From a virus (taxonomy: Duplodnaviria > Caudoviricetes): DNA of 64,000 nucleotides. Positions 61,501-64,000 of this stretch are shown piece by piece. Made by a program: the position numbers and the translations under genes. The notes below the pieces were generated by a model that searched no databases, had not been told where the DNA came from, and worked only from the letters and a program-made list of their open reading frames with translations. Location of the stretch: the IMG/VR virus record IMGVR_UViG_3300044981_000214; one strand, written 5' to 3'. Positions within the stretch are counted from its first letter, which is position 1; each line of letters opens with the position of its first letter.

Positions 61501-61955
61501 AATCAAGATCAGGGGCGAAGACTTCGCCTGCGAAGAGTGCGGCAAGCTTCAGGGATCACACTTGGATAATGGCTGGTATAGATGCAGCAATTGTGGTTAT
61601 CCTAGTAAGTAATCTCGAAATAATTCGTCTTGGTTAGGCGTAGACCTGATGGCAGGTATGCGCTAGAAGCTTTGTCGGCCCTAGTATCAACTAGGGAACA
61701 GAAATAAAACCCTGGATACACGTCATCCAGGCAGTTATGAACTTGACCGGCTACTATGAATCACGAGGTAAACGACGAACAAAGAAAATAGCCCGTGCTA
61801 AGCGACTACGTCTACGACGTGCAGCTAAACGTGAGCTAAATAAAAATGAGGGCGTCGCGGGTGACTCTTACGCTGACACCTACCCGAGTGGCGTCAGACC
61901 CTCAAAAACAAAACAGCCGCCGAGAGAGAGAGAGCTTGCTGCGTTTCCGCAGTAG
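58520..61955 (+). other. Run of small hypothetical genes, many Cys-rich; 58998 is Ead/Ea22-like
   Basis: Abutting ORFs; ATPGPW...NATWIANAR motif in 58998..59351. Confidence 0.6.
60846..61334 (+). CDS. Papain/C39-like cysteine peptidase fold
   Basis: Q....GNCWQTAVACLL, HIVV, WDPHP. Confidence 0.55.
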   Translation: MLKLTQTSLYPKGNCWQTAVACLLDIPAEQLPSQADSYYSKIDRDSGETTWHMNYNNRLQAYLKKHHKLAYIELWQPQEALSQLRIVGYHLMSGTTVRSAAYGGQRHIVVGYEGKVFWDPHPSQAGLLDEIRWAVLCPFPPSWERYQNDACECLACVGEPKQ

Positions 61956-61972
61956 AGGCCCGGCGGCTTTGT

Positions 61973-62371
61973 TTAGATATTGCCAGCGGGCGTCTTAAAG
62001 GTCGCACCATTGGCGTATTTCGCCCGGTAGTACTCAAGCGTTGCGTGAGCGTAAAACGCCTCGTCGACAACCGCGCCCGATCCCGAACCAAGCGCATGTG
62101 GCGTCACGCCAAACCACTGCTGAGAGAACTCAGCCAGTGCACAACCACCGATGCCTTCACCGGCATTGACAGCGTCTTGCTCGATTGCAGACCAGTTGGG
62201 CGCTCCACCGATAATCATGTTCTTGAACTGATTTAAAAGGTCAGCGATTGGTGCCAGGTTCTGGGTCGTGCAGTCAACCAGGGTCACCAGCGCAGCAGGC
62301 GGGTTGGTGCAGCTGACAGTAGAAGCTGGGACAGCGGCAAGAAGTATAACGGGGAGGACGAATGTCTTCAT
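61973..62371 (-). CDS. Putative lipoprotein
   Basis: MKTFVLPVILLAA...TVSC; TGCTACGCT 7 nt upstream. Confidence 0.6.
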   Translation of the reverse strand: MKTFVLPVILLAAVPASTVSCTNPPAALVTLVDCTTQNLAPIADLLNQFKNMIIGGAPNWSAIEQDAVNAGEGIGGCALAEFSQQWFGVTPHALGSGSGAVVDEAFYAHATLEYYRAKYANGATFKTPAGNI

Positions 62372-63378
62372 GGCTAAGAGCGTAGCACAATTTCTTCGTT
62401 GATGTATCAAGCATTAATCGTTATAACTCGGCGATGCATGAGACGGTTCCTCGATATGATCTTGCTCGCGTGGCCAACACAATTTTGTTAGAGCTTGTCC
62501 CTACTGAACCTCGGCTAATAACCGAAGTAGTTAACTCTCTTGGCACACGAGTGTCGGCCATATCAGAATTTCATCCAACCTTTGATTTTTCTTATTGGGG
62601 GCGTGGGACAGTCGTCGAGATAGTTAGGTTCCTACATGGTACAGGGTTAGTTAAGATAGAAGCCCATGAGGAAGATTTGGTCCTTTGGGATGATGTAAAG
62701 ATTTCTCTAACGGCTGAAGGTACTGATTATATCTATAGAGCCCGTAACGAACTAACTGAAGTTTTTAACAGCCTTGGGGCGATATGACTGCCGGTGAAGT
62801 TCCTCCATCGAGCCACGTCCGTTGTGGCTGTCCTGACTGTTGTGTCGCAGCCAACGCTGCGCTTGCACCGTCACCTGACTGGCCTATGGATGTGAGTAAC
62901 GGTCGACTACTGTGCACGCCCGAACGACCACGACCAGCTGATGCTAAGGGTCGTTGGGCGCATCGTGATATAGAAAATACTCACGCGGGTGACTACACCG
63001 ATGACTGGCGGTGCAAAGCTTGCGGCGTGGAATGGGCTGAGGAATTGGCAGAATGAACAACAAACAGGTTATCGAGGACTGGCGTTTGCTCGTCAATAGC
63101 TGGCGAAAGACTCACGACGAACAGACACAGATTAAAGTTGCCCGAATGCAATTTCTTGGCATAACGAAAATACGCGCCGAAACGCTTACAACCATTCCTC
63201 AACTACTTCCTCGTGCACGGGCACTGCACCGCTATTGGCCTATAGACTGGCCAAGAGAATGGTGGCTAGTAAGACTATTATGTAGGCTAGTAGATCGTGT
63301 ATTTGCGCCCTTTGATATATTGAAGGCCAAGTACGAGGTCAGGCTTGATAAGACAGACAACCACTGGAATGAATACAA

Positions 63379-63657
63379 ATGACAACAGATGAACTAAAGA
63401 CCAAATGCCGTGATTGGCCTAACGTTACTACCAACTCCTATACCGGCGACCCGCTCGTAGCACTTGGGCACGCGCGAGCTGCCTTTATGGGCATCGTGTC
63501 CAATTTTCTTGCGCCAGACTACGTCACCAACAAGCTCAAGCTCGCGCGCGAAATGAAAGTAGCACAGACGACTGTCGATCGCTGGGCACGTGGTATTTCT
63601 ATGCCAAATATCGGCGTCATGACGCTGATCGTAACGACAATTGAAAGGATGATTTAA
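63379..63657 (+). CDS. XRE-like HTH protein
   Basis: LAREMKVAQTTVDRWARGISMP. Confidence 0.7.
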   Translation: MTTDELKTKCRDWPNVTTNSYTGDPLVALGHARAAFMGIVSNFLAPDYVTNKLKLAREMKVAQTTVDRWARGISMPNIGVMTLIVTTIERMI

Positions 63658-63908
63658 CGCCGTCTAGGCCGTCTATTACCTAAGTCTGGAGTCACATTGA
63701 CTAGACACGTTTTCTCAAATCGTTGCCTCAGATTCTGCGTCCGATCGCCATTAGACGTGTGGCTTGAATCCAGATTTGAACGGCCTACTTCTTTGGCTAG
63801 CATAAGCCAGTTGTAGAAAGCGGTCCCACACGCACCCTTATCGAGGCTCGCATCTATTTTATTGGCTATGGTATGTATCTTTGCCCACGCTTTAGACGAT
63901 CTGGCCAT
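63654..63908 (-). CDS. Hypothetical protein with LG + Arg-rich tail
   Basis: Ends PDLG-NRRPRRR. Confidence 0.62.
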   Translation of the reverse strand: MARSSKAWAKIHTIANKIDASLDKGACGTAFYNWLMLAKEVGRSNLDSSHTSNGDRTQNLRQRFEKTCLVNVTPDLGNRRPRRR

Positions 63909-64000
63909 TTTTTATTATTTCACGAAAAAAAAAAAAAGGAAACAACAATGAGTGGAGCTGATTCAGATTACGATGATTTTTGTGCTGGCGGTTGTGGACG

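Noticed and set aside
1-64000. Alternative genetic code
   Set aside because: Known proteins translate full length with the standard code, and all three stop codons end genes

Overview
This window looks like part of a large dsDNA bacteriophage genome: about 150 short, tightly packed, mostly hypothetical ORFs and no host housekeeping operons. No major capsid, terminase or polymerase gene is visible, so the taxonomy and host cannot be assigned. Recognisable genes include a Dam-like methylase, two solo TnpB nucleases plus a TnpB remnant with an omegaRNA, two tyrosine recombinases (one catalytically degenerate), rfbA, two GT2-like proteins and a DHCR24-like FAD oxidoreductase. There are also GP88-like, ATP-grasp, MazG-like and YkgJ-like proteins, several hydrolases (SLT, M23, SleB-like, SGNH, trypsin-like, two C39-like) and one tRNA-Met(CAT). 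Five patterns are not explained by gene names. (1) About 15 proteins share a basic stretch next to an [L/F]G(D) motif, often with tail anchors, and a C39-like protease carries the same motif; this is a candidate virion targeting and maturation system. (2) The 3' end of an orphan TnpB omegaRNA matches (15/16) the divergent promoter in front of the other tnpB. (3) About 13 paralogs share an 'ELLxAxQALL...AGW' helical module. (4) There are two promoter classes (GAAATAG-N15-CGTA and extended -10), both giving near-leaderless mRNAs. (5) Several protamine-like Cys-paired micropeptides are missing from the ORF track. All calls come from motif reading by eye; no searches were run.
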